Positions 15,130-29,547 of a stretch of 64,000 nucleotides of DNA are shown here, piece after piece. The first letter of the stretch is position 1, and each line of letters starts with the position of its first letter. The notes beneath the pieces were generated by a model. The model saw nothing but the letters and a program-made list of their open reading frames with translations, had not been told where the DNA came from and did no database searches. A program made the position numbers and the translations under genes. Source of the stretch: Octopus sinensis (lineage: Eukaryota); assembly GCF_006345805.1 (NCBI RefSeq), contig NC_043017.1, positions 1,488,001 through 1,552,000 of the forward strand, written 5' to 3'.

Positions 15130-15589
15130 CAGATACCAACACGTTTGATAATCTCACAATTGCCACATTTACTGACATAGGTCATACACCCTCACACACT
15201 CACACATATATACAAAAGACCACAAACACCTACACACGGAAGCACATTTATATACACACTCACACACACATGCACATACATACACACGTAGCATGTTATT
15301 CATGGTCAACTGCTGCTCTTCAAATAACAAACTTGCCCGGACTTGTGCCTCTCTGGGTAAATTTCTAGGTGCAATCCCATGGTCATTCATGGCAAATGGT
15401 GATCTTTATAATAAGTTACTTCAATGTTGGCCATTTTGTCTCCGTAGAAAGCTACCGTGTTTCACACCTCAGTTATAGTTAAAAGCATTCAATGTAATAG
15501 ATTATACGTTTAGGAATATTTCGTTAACCACTGCTGGCTTCACATAGTTGGTTCTTTTGTGTACAATGAAAATTCCTTTGCAGCAATGT

Positions 15590-15850
15590 ATAGGTAAAGA
15601 TAAAGGTGAAGTTACCTGTTCGCGTGATACCGACTCACCAAGGCCTGTTTCCCAGTTTCGTCTCGTATGTATTTCCCACCTGGATAGGACGCCGATGCGT
15701 TGCACGTTTACTCACGTTTGCCCACTGAACGAACTGGAGCCACGTGAAATGTTGTGTTTTCCTCAACATTACAACACGTCGTCCGATCCAGGAATCGAAA
15801 CCAGATTCTTACGATAATGAGTTCAACACCCTAACCACTAAGCCATACGC
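15590..15850 (-). mobile_element. SINE family C
   Basis: The minus strand has TGGTTAGGGTGTTG...GGTTTCGATTCCTGG...GGCGTCCTATCCAGGTGGGAA...GAAACTGGGAAACAGGCC. Confidence 0.7.
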
Positions 15851-16264
15851 GGCCATAATGTATAGGAAGGTTATGTAGTTATATTCAGTCATTTTGATTT
15901 TTTGTTGCGTGCGATTATGTGTGTACTGAATGCATAAAGAATTATATATAGGGAGTACATGCATATATGAATACATATATTAGCGTATACATATTTATAT
16001 ACATATATACATGTGTATATTTACGTATGTGTGCATTCCTTTAATGCTTTAGTCCTTTGTGTTTGGACCAGAAACTTTAGGGTTTGCTAGGCAAAACCGT
16101 TAGCCATTAGTATGTGAAAGGGTCCAAAGAAACGCGTATCAAAACTAATAGTAACAGAACAGGTAATATATAATTAATATAGTATCTATATTTTTTTGTT
16201 TTTTAAGCGTTGTACGAGGCACGAACACATCTATACGTATAGAGACATATATACGCATAAATGC

Positions 16265-16296
<32 letters not shown>

Positions 16297-16315
16297 GTAT
16301 GTGAGTATATACATA

Positions 16316-16765
16316 ATAGACCAAAGAGTAAAAGAAATGGCAGAAATAAAAACCACATAAATACAGAAATGCATGAAGTTTAAATTGTTTGTGTCGAACG
16401 AGAGCGAAAATAGATGTTTGGTTCTCATTTATCACGTAGTGGTAGAGAAAGCACAATAGAGATTTCAATGGTTCGTTGGTTGCAGTTCTTGCTACAGATT
16501 CCTGTATTTCTAGAACACTTGCCCGTCCATTCTGTCTCATTACCCACGCATTAACATTCTCAGTGTACTTTCGCGTTATCTGTCAACAATTAATTTATGC
16601 TCTTCTCTCATTTTGCTGTTGGAATTATTTTAATGCACCAATATAAATTTTTGTGTTAACGCGTTATTCTACGGCGATTATCTCTCCTTTGTTACAATCT
16701 TCCAACGTTTAAGTAATGAAACGATATCTCAATCAACCAATCAACCAAGGACTCGATCAATCAAA
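16316..16765 (-). repeat. Dispersed repeat of about 450 bp, copy 2 (inverted)
   Basis: Shares GTAGCAAGAACTGCAACCAAC, CTACGTGATAAATG, TGCATTAAAATAATTCCAA and GAGAGAAGAGCAT with copy 1. Confidence 0.8.
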
Positions 16766-16884
16766 ATGCAGTCTCACTCTCTCTTTCTCTATGTATCTCT
16801 CCCCTCCCTTTATAAATACATGCATGCATACATGTATATATATATACATACACACACACACGCACACGTATATATAATATACGT

Positions 16885-17325
16885 ACATATATACTCTTTT
16901 ACTCTTTTACTTGTTTCAGTCATTTGAGTGTAGCCATGCTGGAGCCCTGCCTTTAGACGAGCAAATCTACCCCAAGACTTATTCTTTGTAAGCCTAGTAC
17001 TTATTCTATCGGTCTCTTTTGCCGAACCGCTAAGTTACGGGGTCGTAACAAGCGACGTTAGGGGTACAAACATAGGCATACAAACATATACACACACATA
17101 AATATAGGGGGACAAACGCATACACACAAACACAAACACGCATATACATATATACATATATACGACGGGTTTCTTTGAGTTTCCGTCTACTAAATCAACT
17201 CACAAGGCTTTGGTTGGACCGAGGCTATAGTAGAAGACACTTGTCCAACGTGCTACGCAGTGGGACTGAACTCGGAACCATGTAGTTCTTAAGCAAGCTA
17301 CTTACCACACAGCCACACCTACGCC
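16885..17325 (-). mobile_element. Composite SINE family A: head, internal TG/TA microsatellite, tail
   Basis: The head is at 17163-17325. The tail at 16885-17060 reads CCCCGTAACTTAGCGGTTCGGCAAAAGAGACCGATAGAATAAGTACTAGGC...CCAGCATGGC...GAAACAAGTAAAAGAGTAAAAGAGTA. Confidence 0.85.
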
Positions 17326-17364
17326 TATATAATATTGAATATATGGAATATAAATATTGATTGA

Positions 17365-17780
17365 ATATTTTGGCAAAGGGCCAGCAATTGTGGACATACA
17401 TATGTGCAAGTCGATTATATCGACTCCAGTACTCAACTGGTACTTATTTTATCCAGATCGGTGGAATTTGAAAACACTACCTCTAGGCGGAAGAAATGCC
17501 TTGAAACATTTTTCCGGTGTGCTAGTGATTCTACCTGCTCTCCGCATAAACCGTGATATAAATATTATTTTCCAATTCTGGCACAACCAGCAAGATCGGG
17601 GGTGAGGATTAAGTGATTTACAATGACGCCCATTGATCTTGGTACTTATTTTATCGTCCCCAAGAGGGCGAAAGTCAAAGCAGACCTCGGAGGGATTTGA
17701 ACACAGAATGTAAAATCGGAAGAAATGCCGATAAGCATTGTTATTCTGAACGATAACTATTCTACATACTCGCTGCCTAA
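17365..17780 (-). mobile_element. Two adjacent degenerate SINE family B copies
   Basis: Family B motifs at 17365-17545 and 17570-17780. Confidence 0.7.
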
Positions 17781-17894
17781 TACGTTATACGAATATTAAA
17801 ACATCGATATGTTTTATGTGATGAGTGAGAATTATAAATGAAAGCGAAGCATAGATATATAGTCGTATCCACAGTCATATAGATGTGTGCGCTG

Positions 17895-17954
<60 letters not shown>

Positions 17955-18672
17955 GTCTGTGTGTTTATGAGCATCTATGTATGCGTGTACGAATGCTTCT
18001 ATATGTAGTAATATGCGTGAGTGAGGATAATCTATAGAAAAAGAAAGAGTTAAGTCACATTTAAACACACCTGGAAATTGATATAGATATGTACTATACA
18101 AAATTACACACTTGCGCAGGCACACACCTGTTTATATACCGGCATATAAGTACATATATATATATATATACATGCATACATACACATGGAAAGTACGCGT
18201 ATTTTATTTATATATATATATATATATATATAGTAGTTCCATGCTTACATAACAACACACACATATTAATACATACCTACATGCAGACATATATACATGA
18301 ATACATATGCAGTTGTCTACATAATTCATACATACATACATACATACATACATACATACATACATACATACATACAACATATTCACCACATATTCATCGC
18401 GTATATACATATAATTACCTCTGGCGAATGAACTACGTATTCTATAAAACTGCTTCTATGTTCGTATCTTTGAACTGAACAAAACAATATCGGCTTGGTA
18501 ATTACCATAGAGTCCATTCCAATGTTTACCATATTTATTCCGAGTTCTTTGCATTCGTATGAATCAGCTTCCCTCTGTAAAAGCATAGATGCAGTCTTTA
18601 TTAACGATATACACATACACGTGTACGAAAATAGATACATACATCATATAATACATACATACATACATATAA

Positions 18673-18707
<35 letters not shown>

Positions 18708-18708
18708 A

Positions 18709-18780
<72 letters not shown>

Positions 18781-19262
18781 GTGTATGTGTGTGTATGTGT
18801 GTGTACTTGTGCATATTGATTTTGCAGTCGGTTTTCACATATTTATTGATGTTTTTTTTTATTATTCTTTATTATCTATTCAATTTATGTATATCTTTGT
18901 ATATCGGATGTTATAAATGACTTTGCTCGTTTGAAAAGTTCGAAATTTACATCCCACAATATACGCATGCATGCTTCATACAAATACGTATATATGCTGA
19001 AGAACGTATGTTATACAACGCATGAGATATATGTATATACGTATGTGTGTGTGTGTGTCTGTGTGTCTGTGTCTATGAATATAATTTATACCTACATTCA
19101 TACAAATATACATACGTACACACGTACTTGTACATATATATTCACACACGTATGTATGTATTTAATTATGTTTGCTTAAATACAGACAATTTCATAGTTT
19201 TCAATTTAATCCTACTAGTTCGGTTCGATATAAATATACTGCAGTCTGTATATTAGTGAATA

Positions 19263-19296
<34 letters not shown>

Positions 19297-19575
19297 TATT
19301 CGTTAATATATATATACAGATGTGTGTGTGTGCGTGGTTGTGTGTGTGTGTATGTATATATATGTACATATTTATATATGTATTTATATGTATGTATATT
19401 ACACGCACACACATATATATATCTGTGTATATATATAATTATTTATGCGTGTGTGTATTTGTAGTCATATACAAACAAACAAATTCACCTATATCCACAC
19501 GTATTTTAGTCTCTCTCTCTCGCTCTTTCTTTTTCTCTTTCTCTCTATCTCTCACTCATTCTTTGTCTCTGTAAT

Positions 19576-19613
<38 letters not shown>

Positions 19614-20149
19614 TACGCTCACACATACATACAGAGACTCGAACAGACACACATTAATACGCGCCTATGCAAAATTATTATCGATTCCTTGTTTGTTTGC
19701 GAATCCCCTTTGATATCTATTCGTATTGATTATTTTATTTGTCAAAATTATACACCAGCTGATGTCACTTTCTTCCTTCTTTTAAATATTTCTCTAGTTT
19801 TTGTCGCTTTTTTCAGTTTAAAATTTTGATAAAAACCTTATTTTCGTTCATGTTGTTTGGAATATAAATTTTTCTAATAATGGTAATATTTAGATTTTTA
19901 ATCTTATTATCTTCTGTGAGCTTCAGTTATTGGATCGCATCTATGCTGGGGGCACCGCATGAAAGGGTTTTAATAAAACATATCGATCCCAATAATTAAA
20001 GTTTTAAAAACTGGAACTTATTGGTACTTAAATTTCGTATTTAACCCATCGCTTTCCTTTCACGAACCGCTATGTTACGAGGACGTAAGTAAAGCAACGC
20101 ATACACACCCAGACGCGCCCGAGCACACATACACACAAACACATATATA

Positions 20150-20302
20150 GGCGCAGCGTGACTGTGTACCAGTAAGCTTGTTTCCCAACTACATGGCTCG
20201 GTGTTCAGTCGCACTGCCTGGTATCTTGGGCAAATGTATTCGACTAGAGCTTCCGGCCGACCAATGCATTGTGGGCGGATTTGCTAAGCGGAAACATATA
20301 TA

Positions 20303-20335
<33 letters not shown>

Positions 20336-20527
20336 TTGTGTTTTACTCAACACCGCTTGACAACTGATGTGGTGTATTTACATCCCCGTACTTTAGCGGT
20401 TCGGCAAGATAGCTCGATAGAATAAGTACTAGGCTTCAAAAGAATGTCCTGGGATTGATTTGTTTCGACTAAAGGCGGTGCTCCAGCATCAGTGTAGTCA
20501 AATGAGTGAAACAAATAAAAGAATAAA
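20150..20527 (+). mobile_element. Composite SINE family A
   Basis: Head at 20150-20300, (TG)n linker, tail at 20345-20527. Confidence 0.8.
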
Positions 20528-20597
20528 GTATATATATATATATATATATATAGATAGAGAGAGAGAGAGAGAGGGGGGATAGATAGATGGAAAGATG

Positions 20598-20643
<46 letters not shown>

Positions 20644-20989
20644 AATATATATAGATAGATAGATATAGATATATAGATATAGATATGCATTTATAGAGCT
20701 ATGCATATACCACGTGACCCTGTGATCGACTAGACTATCAAATATTGTTATACATCGCTAATCGGAACGCGCTTTGAATTGATTTTGCTTTCGTTTGATG
20801 ACACCCGAAAGTGCCTGAAGAGACAGTGAGCATTGTTAGTATCGTGGATGTGGGAGGAAAGAACGTGTTTTCTAAAGGTGCCCAGAAGTAGTAATGAACT
20901 AGGATACACGTTTTTGTGAAAAGTTTCTAACCACACTACTGCGATTGCACTTATAGTATGAGAAAACAATAATAACAATAATTCTGTCT

Positions 20990-21195
20990 AATAAGGTACA
21001 GGCCGGACATTTTCGGGGAGGGGACGAATCAATTACGTCGATCCCAATGTTTCACTGGTACTTTAATCTATCGATCGCGAAAGGATAAAAGGTAAAATCG
21101 ACCTCGGCGGCACTCGAACTCAGAACGTGCAGATAGGTAAAGTGGCGCAAAGCATATCACCCGGCGTGCTAACGATTCTTCCAGCTCGCCGCTTT
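20990..21195 (-). mobile_element. SINE family B
   Basis: AAAGGTAAAATCGACCTCGGCGGCACTCGAACTCAGAACG...CCAGCTCGCC. Confidence 0.8.
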
Positions 21196-22174
21196 CTTTA
21201 ATGATAATAATAATGCCTTGGCTCTCACTGGCTGCGATGTTTACTGATTGGAAGTGTTATCATGGCCTACTAAAAATATATTCCGCTCAAAAACCGCAAA
21301 TCTGACCGTCAGTTATTTGATCTTAACGTGTTGAGCATGTCCCTTAGTGACTGACGATATCTCCATCTCTTATCACGAGCGGAACCATAGTCATATGCTG
21401 AAAAGGATTCGTTGGAATTTGAATAATTCGTCCCCTAGAAAACATGGGTGGTTTGTTCAGCCTGAAAATATCACTAACTGGACCCCACCTGCACGGTCAT
21501 ACGCAGTTCATCTATTTTTGAGATAACTTTGTCGCTCTCATATGGCTGTCATGCAAGTTCCAGGTGTACCCTTATCGTACGGATATTGTAGGCTTTATAT
21601 ATGTATATGTACCCCAGTGCTACCTTGATAGCGTGTGCTTATTTCTCAGTCAATAATAATAAATATCCTTTCCTCTATAGACACAAGGCCAGAAATTTTG
21701 GGGATGGGGTTTGTCAAGTTAATTGATCTGATAACTACACTGTTGTTTATATTGCACAGGGGAACACATATTTTACTTAATAATATATGACACTTAATTC
21801 TAAGTAGTTTGAGTGCTTTAAATAAGAATTTTGGTTCGGTTTGGCTCTGTTAGGTTCTGATTCCTGTCAACAGCCTTTTCCAGATATTTCAACTTTGGAA
21901 TAAACAATTAAGTCATGGGTTCATATTTATTTTGAAATTTTATGAATAGAGGCAGTTCAAACTACTGTAAAATTACATTATAATGATAGAAATGGCTTAA
22001 AATAAAAGAAAATATTAAAGTGACATGAAGCTTTCATTCCAGCAAAAATTTTCTTTTAGAAGACTTTCTCGCGTTTTGGCTTGTTGATGTCATGTCTCTT
22101 TTCAAGCCCCAACAGTAATCAGTCATCATGTGGAAATCCCAGCGTTCTTGGTACTGTTCCACCATAATGTTTAT

Positions 22175-22650
22175 ATCGATGGCAAAGTCGGCCTCGGCGG
22201 AATTTGAACTCAGATGGAAAAGACAGACGATATGCCGTTAAGCATTTTTCCGTCCGGTATGATAACGAATTGAATATGGCGTCATCATCATCGTTGTACC
22301 ATAAAGGGAGGAGATTTTGAAGGCGAAGTTGTATCTCCACGAGAAATTTTCCCGCCAAATTTATGAGACACAAATAGTAATGGCAACAGTTCAAATAAAA
22401 CAACAACAACAACAACAACAGGAAAGCGATAGCACCACCACCATCTGTTTCTAAGGGGCTAAACACAGAGGGGACACACAAGGACAGACAAACGGATTCA
22501 GTCGATTACATCGACCCCAGTGCGTAAGCTGGTACTTAATTTATCGACCCCGAAAGGATGAAAGGCAACTGGTGTCGATGTAATCGACTTAATACTTTTG
22601 TCTGTCCTTGTTTGTCCCTTCTTATTTTAGCCCCCCCCCCTGTGGGCACT
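22175..22650. mobile_element. SINE family B fragments including an inverted tail pair
   Basis: Head fragment at 22175-22260 (-), tail and centre at 22452-22568 (-), tail at 22568-22650 (+). Confidence 0.8.
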
Positions 22651-22703
22651 AAAGAAATATATTATTATTATTATTATTATTACTATTATAATTATTATTA
22701 TTA

Positions 22704-22751
<48 letters not shown>

Positions 22752-23504
22752 ATTATTATTATTATTATTATCATTATTATTATCATTATCATTATTATCA
22801 TTGAGATCATCATCACCAACATCATAGTCCTTCGTATTATGTGATAACATATCTATCATCTACACCTATCGAATGTATTCACTTTCGTATTTCTTCCAAC
22901 GAATTTTTTTTGTTTCTTTTATCTTTTTTTCTCTCCGCCATCGACGTACCATCGATATTTTCAATCGATTCTTCTTCATGAATTTCGAATATGTATAGGA
23001 GAATCGATTACACAAAGGCTTTAGAAAACCTGATCGAACGTTGATGTTCTCGATTGCTTAGTATTCCACTTATGTGGTTCTTTATTTGTTTCTTTGTTTC
23101 TATGTGTATTTGTTTGTTTGATGTGGCGGGGGGGTCTCTATTTTATATTGAATTCATTGGTCTTATCTAGTAAATAATTGTTTGCCATTTTTCTTTTTAA
23201 ATATATCTAGATAGTTGTTTGTTTTGGCAATTTGTCAAGAATCACCAATACGTAGCATGTATTACTTATTATTACCCCTTTTTACATATGTGTATATGTG
23301 TGTGTATGTATATATGTATGTGTGTAGGTATGTATGTATGTAGGCATCATCATTTCTATATGTATACGTACATACGTATAAACAAATAGGAAAATATATG
23401 TCAGCACACGCACACACGCACACACGCACACATAATCACAGACGCACATACACGCGAAAGCATTCATTTGAATACGACTGATTGTGTGTCTATATACATA
23501 TTAT

Positions 23505-23546
<42 letters not shown>

Positions 23547-23661
23547 AATTATATATATATACATATATATATTAAAAACACATTTTAATGTATTTATTTA
23601 CATGCCTATAACTTATTTTCTTATAATCGCCCTATACACACACACACATACACACACACAC

Positions 23662-23714
<53 letters not shown>

Positions 23715-23750
23715 GCGTATATGTACGTAATATATATATATTTATATATG

Positions 23751-23807
<57 letters not shown>

Positions 23808-24464
23808 ATATTTATATATGTATATATACATGTATATATGCATATATATATATACAGACAACCTCACAAATATACATACATATATTTTCTCTCATAAACA
23901 CCCACTCACGTACGTATCTGTACCTGTTACCATTGTATAAAAGGTATTCCTTGTTTACTGTATGCTGTGTTTCATATTAGGCGTTGTTGTTTTGTTGCTT
24001 TATTTATATATTTATTCATTTTCTCTTCTTATGTTCTATAATGCAACAGATTCGACGTATGTAATAACAAACGTTCAGTCTAGCTTGAAATATAAAGAAA
24101 AAAAATCGCATATCAAAAGACAGCAAAAATATAAAAATAAACATGAAAAGACCACATTTTCGTAAAATGGATAGTTGTGTCTATATTGCTGTACTCTTGA
24201 ATATCTTGAACCTTCACAATCTATCTTCAAAAGGAAGGTCAGATCATTCTAAATTACATTTTATCAGAAAATCTTTGGCTCATCATAGATGTTTTTAGCA
24301 GAAATATTGAACAAAGCAAGCATGGATGTGTAGCTTTAGACTTCCTCTTTGCAGCCACCTGACTTCGTGTTCACATCTGATGCAAGGCATTTAAATGTTC
24401 TCTCATATAGTCCAGGAACCTATTATTTCTCCTCGGAGACTGTTGGAAGCCCTCTCTCAATTGC

Positions 24465-24524
<60 letters not shown>

Positions 24525-24625
24525 GCATAATATACATTATATAAATATATATCATACATATATATTATATATTTATATATAATATATATCTATAAATATA
24601 TCACACACACATATATATATATATG

Positions 24626-24664
<39 letters not shown>

Positions 24665-24822
24665 ATAATATATATATATATATATAATATACACACAAAG
24701 CACGTAAAATGTAAAACCATGTTCTTGTAACGAACCAGCCCACTTGCAACATCTGAAGGTATGCAGCGATTCACACAAAAATTAATATAATCCTCTCATA
24801 TGGTTTCTGTCATACTCTCTTT

Positions 24823-24867
<45 letters not shown>

Positions 24868-25461
24868 CCTCTCTCTCTCTCTCTCTCTAAACACACACAT
24901 ACACACACATGCATTATGTACATAAATGCGTGAGTTTCTGCCTGTGGCTGTAGCCATCTTGTGTCCCTGTGTCTCTGTGTCTGGAGAATCGGATAGTGCA
25001 AAATATTTCACTTAATGCAATTTTTACCGAACTGTGAAAGGGTGTCAGGAAAAAAGAAGATCGATAAAACAACTGTATCTGAGGGAATTAAATATTATTA
25101 TATGGCTGATTTGTTTCTTCCTTTATAATCACAAACGAAAGCAGTCTGCATGGAAGGTTACAAGGACCTTCGAGACACACCGGAAGGCACGAGGCACGTA
25201 TCTTCTTGCAGGAGGCATGGCGCAAATTCTTGCAACGTATTAAATTCTGCTAAATGTATCTCTAGATATCTGGTGGTGATAATAAGAAGGAAAACGATTA
25301 ATTCTACGATCTGATTTGTCGATAATGGGATTTGAACACAAAATGTAAAGACTCAGATTCAAAATCAGCAGACATCTTGATATCTGGACGCTATTTCATG
25401 GAATTCCTGAAATCCACCGAACCAGATTGTTTTTTTTTATTTTATTTTATTTTATTTCATA

Positions 25462-25851
25462 CTAGCAGTATCGCCCGGCGTTGCTCGGGTTTGTTTCGAC
25501 TCTTTAGAATTGGAATTTTTTAAAAGTAAAAGAATTGCATTATGTAGCTTGTTATTCTCTTTAAGTGAACATTTTTCTGGTTGAGATACACCGAAAATGG
25601 CGACACAACAGTAAAAACAGCGTAAAAAGTAGGGACTTTCATAGAAAAAAGCGCCTTTCTGATGTAAATAATTTTTGGTGTTAACATGGTCCGATTTGAA
25701 TTTTATTGTCTACGGAAGGAAGAGCAAGCCTTATTCTATCATACTCTCAACTTTGGTCAACTTGCGCTGCAGGTTCTCGGAGGAGATAGTGTTAGTTGAA
25801 GGTTACGAAACCTGCCATACACAGACAACTTCAGCTTTATATATATAGAGA
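25462..25851 (-). mobile_element. Non-autonomous Helitron with intact termini (390 bp)
   Basis: The minus strand starts with TC after an A and ends with CTAG before a T. The subterminal hairpin CCCG-AGCAACGC-CGGG lies 7 nt before the CTAG. Confidence 0.8.
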
Positions 25852-26254
25852 TTAATTTTACAAAACCAGACGACGACAGAAAAAGAGTGGTGTGGTTGGA
25901 ATTGGAACTCAGAGCGCAGCGAATTGGAACACATTTTGCCAAATATTTTAAACAATGCTCTAACGAAATGTTGCACTTGCTTCTGTCTGGTCGGCGCAAA
26001 AACGTTGTTTAACAAACTAAGGCAAGGAGAAAATTTAAAAGCTCGATGAACAGTTTCACTAGCTTTCACATTCCTCGACATTCAAACCAATCAGCTCATT
26101 AATCTTTCTGCCAACATAATTCGCGTTGAACTCGAATTATCAGAAGAATCTGTTGAGAGATTTTTCTGATAATTTTTATGGTTCTGACCTTTGTTTTGAA
26201 GTTAAACAAGAACTGTTCAAGATTTTGAAATGCACGAAAACATGTGTACACACA

Positions 26255-26325
<71 letters not shown>

Positions 26326-26433
26326 CCACACACTCCTCACAAATATCTACATACATATGTACGTATATGTATACATACATATATATGTAAATGTGTGTGC
26401 GTGTATTTATATTATATATATACATCTATATAT

Positions 26434-26468
<35 letters not shown>

Positions 26469-26962
26469 CATATATATTATATACATCTCTATATATATAT
26501 GTATATATATAAGTAAATATCTATATATGTATAATATATTTATATATATATAATATATATATTTTTTTTTAGATATATATATATACACACATATATATAG
26601 ATTTATATATATTTATTTATTGATACGATACACACACATAAATACACTATGGTATATACCTTCGACATATATACATTATATGCACATATCTACGTAGCTA
26701 TCTATATATATTCTGCAAAAACTATATATATATCGATATGCATATAAATGTGCGTGGGTGTATGTGCGGATGCGTGTGTGTTTGAGCATGTGTGTGTGTA
26801 TGCACGTATATATCTGTGTATATATGCGTGTAAGTATGCATGTATGTATATACAGTTTATTGACATATACAGCATAGAATGAGGTAAGTTTAACATCTGC
26901 TTCTCTTCTCTTAGGAAGAGCTTGATGTTTTGGTGAATAGTCAACGGCATTGTAACGGGTAC

Positions 26963-27176
26963 AAGATCATTGGGCCACAGTTTCGATTCAAGCATTTTGT
27001 TACCCATCAAGAATCGTCATCTTACTCCTGTAATCTTTCCCAGTATTCAAATGTTGAGACTTAGCCGACATAAAAGACGATAAACCCTTTGAATACTGGG
27101 AAAGATTACAGGAGTAAGATGACGATTCTTGTTGGGTAACAAAATGCTTGAATCGAAACTGTGGCCCAATGATCTT
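26963..27176. repeat. Near-perfect inverted repeat: 89-bp arms, 36-nt loop
   Basis: 26963-27051 pairs with 27088-27176 with a single T.T mismatch (27007/27132). Confidence 0.95.
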
Positions 27177-27900
27177 TGACAACTGTAAAGGCTGTAAGAT
27201 ATGGCATAGACATTTGCAAGGGAGGTGCTGAAACTGTTACCGGCAGGGACATAGCTGCTGCGTGGACGCAATTAAAACACTGGAATTCATCCTCCAAATC
27301 GAGGATAAGGGGATTGGAGATCGACGCAAAGAAAGGAGGGCTTAGGTAAGGGATATGGATGAAGCTATACCTGATTGAGTACCTTCGCTACAAGTTTTAG
27401 AAGAGGCGCAATGGGCACCCCTTCACACCCAAGGCCAAGAAGTTGGTTCTTGGCGAAGGCAAAATAGCTCATGAACGAGATATGGCATTCTGCTGAGCCG
27501 CGCAATATTTGATACTCTGTCGAGGAAAATAACTTCTGACAAGGCCAGTCGTACAAAACCCTAAAACACAGGCGGTCTGACTGAAATTCATATGATTTCC
27601 CACTTATTATAAAAACCAAGTTCCCCGAATGGGTAATAATTCTTGTGAGTCTCTCTCTTGAGGGTGATCTAATGCAACACATTTTCGATTAAGGTCTTAG
27701 GCTCAAATCAGACAGCTACGCGAAGCTGTTGGAAAATGATCAATCATTGGTTGGAGAGGGTTGCCACTCGAAAGCCGTATTTGTAGTAACAGGATTCGGC
27801 GTCTTGTCATACTTCAGGAAACTCTCAGGAGTTATTAGTGAGAATCGGAGAATTTCTACGATTTAACCAGCACCGAATTCTGTCTTACTAATTGCCTTGA
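27110..27900 (+). mobile_element. Decayed maT/DD37D-type (IS630-Tc1-mariner) transposase
   Basis: Piecewise translation gives DAIKTLEFI, LRYKF, SVEENNF (SDEKNF-like), KTKFPEWVIILV...EGDLM..GLRL and WLERVATRKPYL..QDSASCHTS, with many stops and frameshifts. Confidence 0.8.
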
Positions 27901-28233
27901 TAGTAAATCCAGAGTAAACCAAACATCTTGTGACGAAATATAGTTAGGTGGTATGCATAAGTGTTGTCGTATGAGAGTGGTAATGTATATATGTGTGTGT
28001 TTAGTTGTGTGTGTGCGTCTTTAGCTGTGCGTGCGTGTGTGTATGTGTTTATGTGATCACTAGTGTGCGTGTTTGTGCTCCTGCCTGTGAATGGAATGAG
28101 AATATAACACATACTTCTACACATACTCTTGCGGAAGAAGCTCAGAGAATCTGACAAGGAACTTTAACATTTAGTTACACTCTAAAACTTTTATGTTCAC
28201 ATTGCCCACACCCCTGTTATATATGTATATACA

Positions 28234-28281
<48 letters not shown>

Positions 28282-28468
28282 ACATATATTTATATACATA
28301 TACATATGTACATATATATATATATATATAAATGTGTGTGTGTGTGTGTATACATATGTATATACACACATACAAAGATACACTTGCGGATTTCTGTCTA
28401 CAAATTTTTAGAAAATATTTGCATACCTAAGTGTACAAGCAACCACATACATTGGTGGGTGTAGATAT

Positions 28469-28499
<31 letters not shown>

Positions 28500-28516
28500 T
28501 TGTGCACGTATATATG

Positions 28517-28566
<50 letters not shown>

Positions 28567-29349
28567 ACACACATATATATGTTTATATATGTCTCTACCT
28601 GATTATAAGAACAGGTGTAGTCCGTATGTATAGTATGTATATTTATACACACACACCGACAAAGACAGACATACAGACAAAAAAAAACACACTGAAACAC
28701 ACACAAGCACATACACACACACACACATATACATCTATATACACATATACGATATATCATAGTATTATCGTGGATTATTCTACCATTCTCCCAACTAAGA
28801 ATACGGTGCACAAAACGACAGGGATTATCTCTCTTTTTCTCCGTCTCTCTTCTCTTCAAACATTGAATTTCTTACTCCGAACTTTCGTTTTCATGTCTTC
28901 TCATTCTTATTCTGCTGTTTATTTTCAGATATCTGTTTTTAGTATAAAACTTGATATTTGTTGAACACACCCTGACATCCATCACAAAGGAACTGTCGGA
29001 TATAAAGTACGGAAATAAGCGCTCACAGATTTAAAATGGCTGCCACGAGAATTCGAATTAATAAAAAGACTGCCTACGTACTGTGGAAAGGTAAATCTTG
29101 TTTATATATGATTTATACGACTTAATATAGGAAAGGTTGACAACTGGAAACATAAGCTTGCAAACTGGATGTCTTATTTTAGAGGGCAACATTTGTTATA
29201 GTACGGAAGAAGGTTCTTATGAGAATTATAAAAAGTGTGGATATGATAAATATGGAAAAAACGTGACATGCTAGCATGTGTACCTCTCTCGCAATCACCA
29301 CGGCGTAGTTTCCATTCCTCGCCCAGACGATGCATTGTGTTTTAATGCA

Positions 29350-29503
29350 GAGTGGCTGTGTGATAAGTAGCTTGCTTACCAACCACATGGTTCCGGGTTC
29401 AGTCCCACTGCGTGGCACCATGGGCAAGTGCCATGTACTATAGCCTCGGGCTGACCAAAGCCTTGTGAGTGGATTTGGTAGGCGGAAACTGAAAGAAGCC
29501 CGT

Positions 29504-29547
<44 letters not shown>

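Noticed and set aside
29350-29420. SINE heads as tRNA genes
   Set aside because: They have A/B boxes but no complete cloverleaf, and they continue into SINE bodies.
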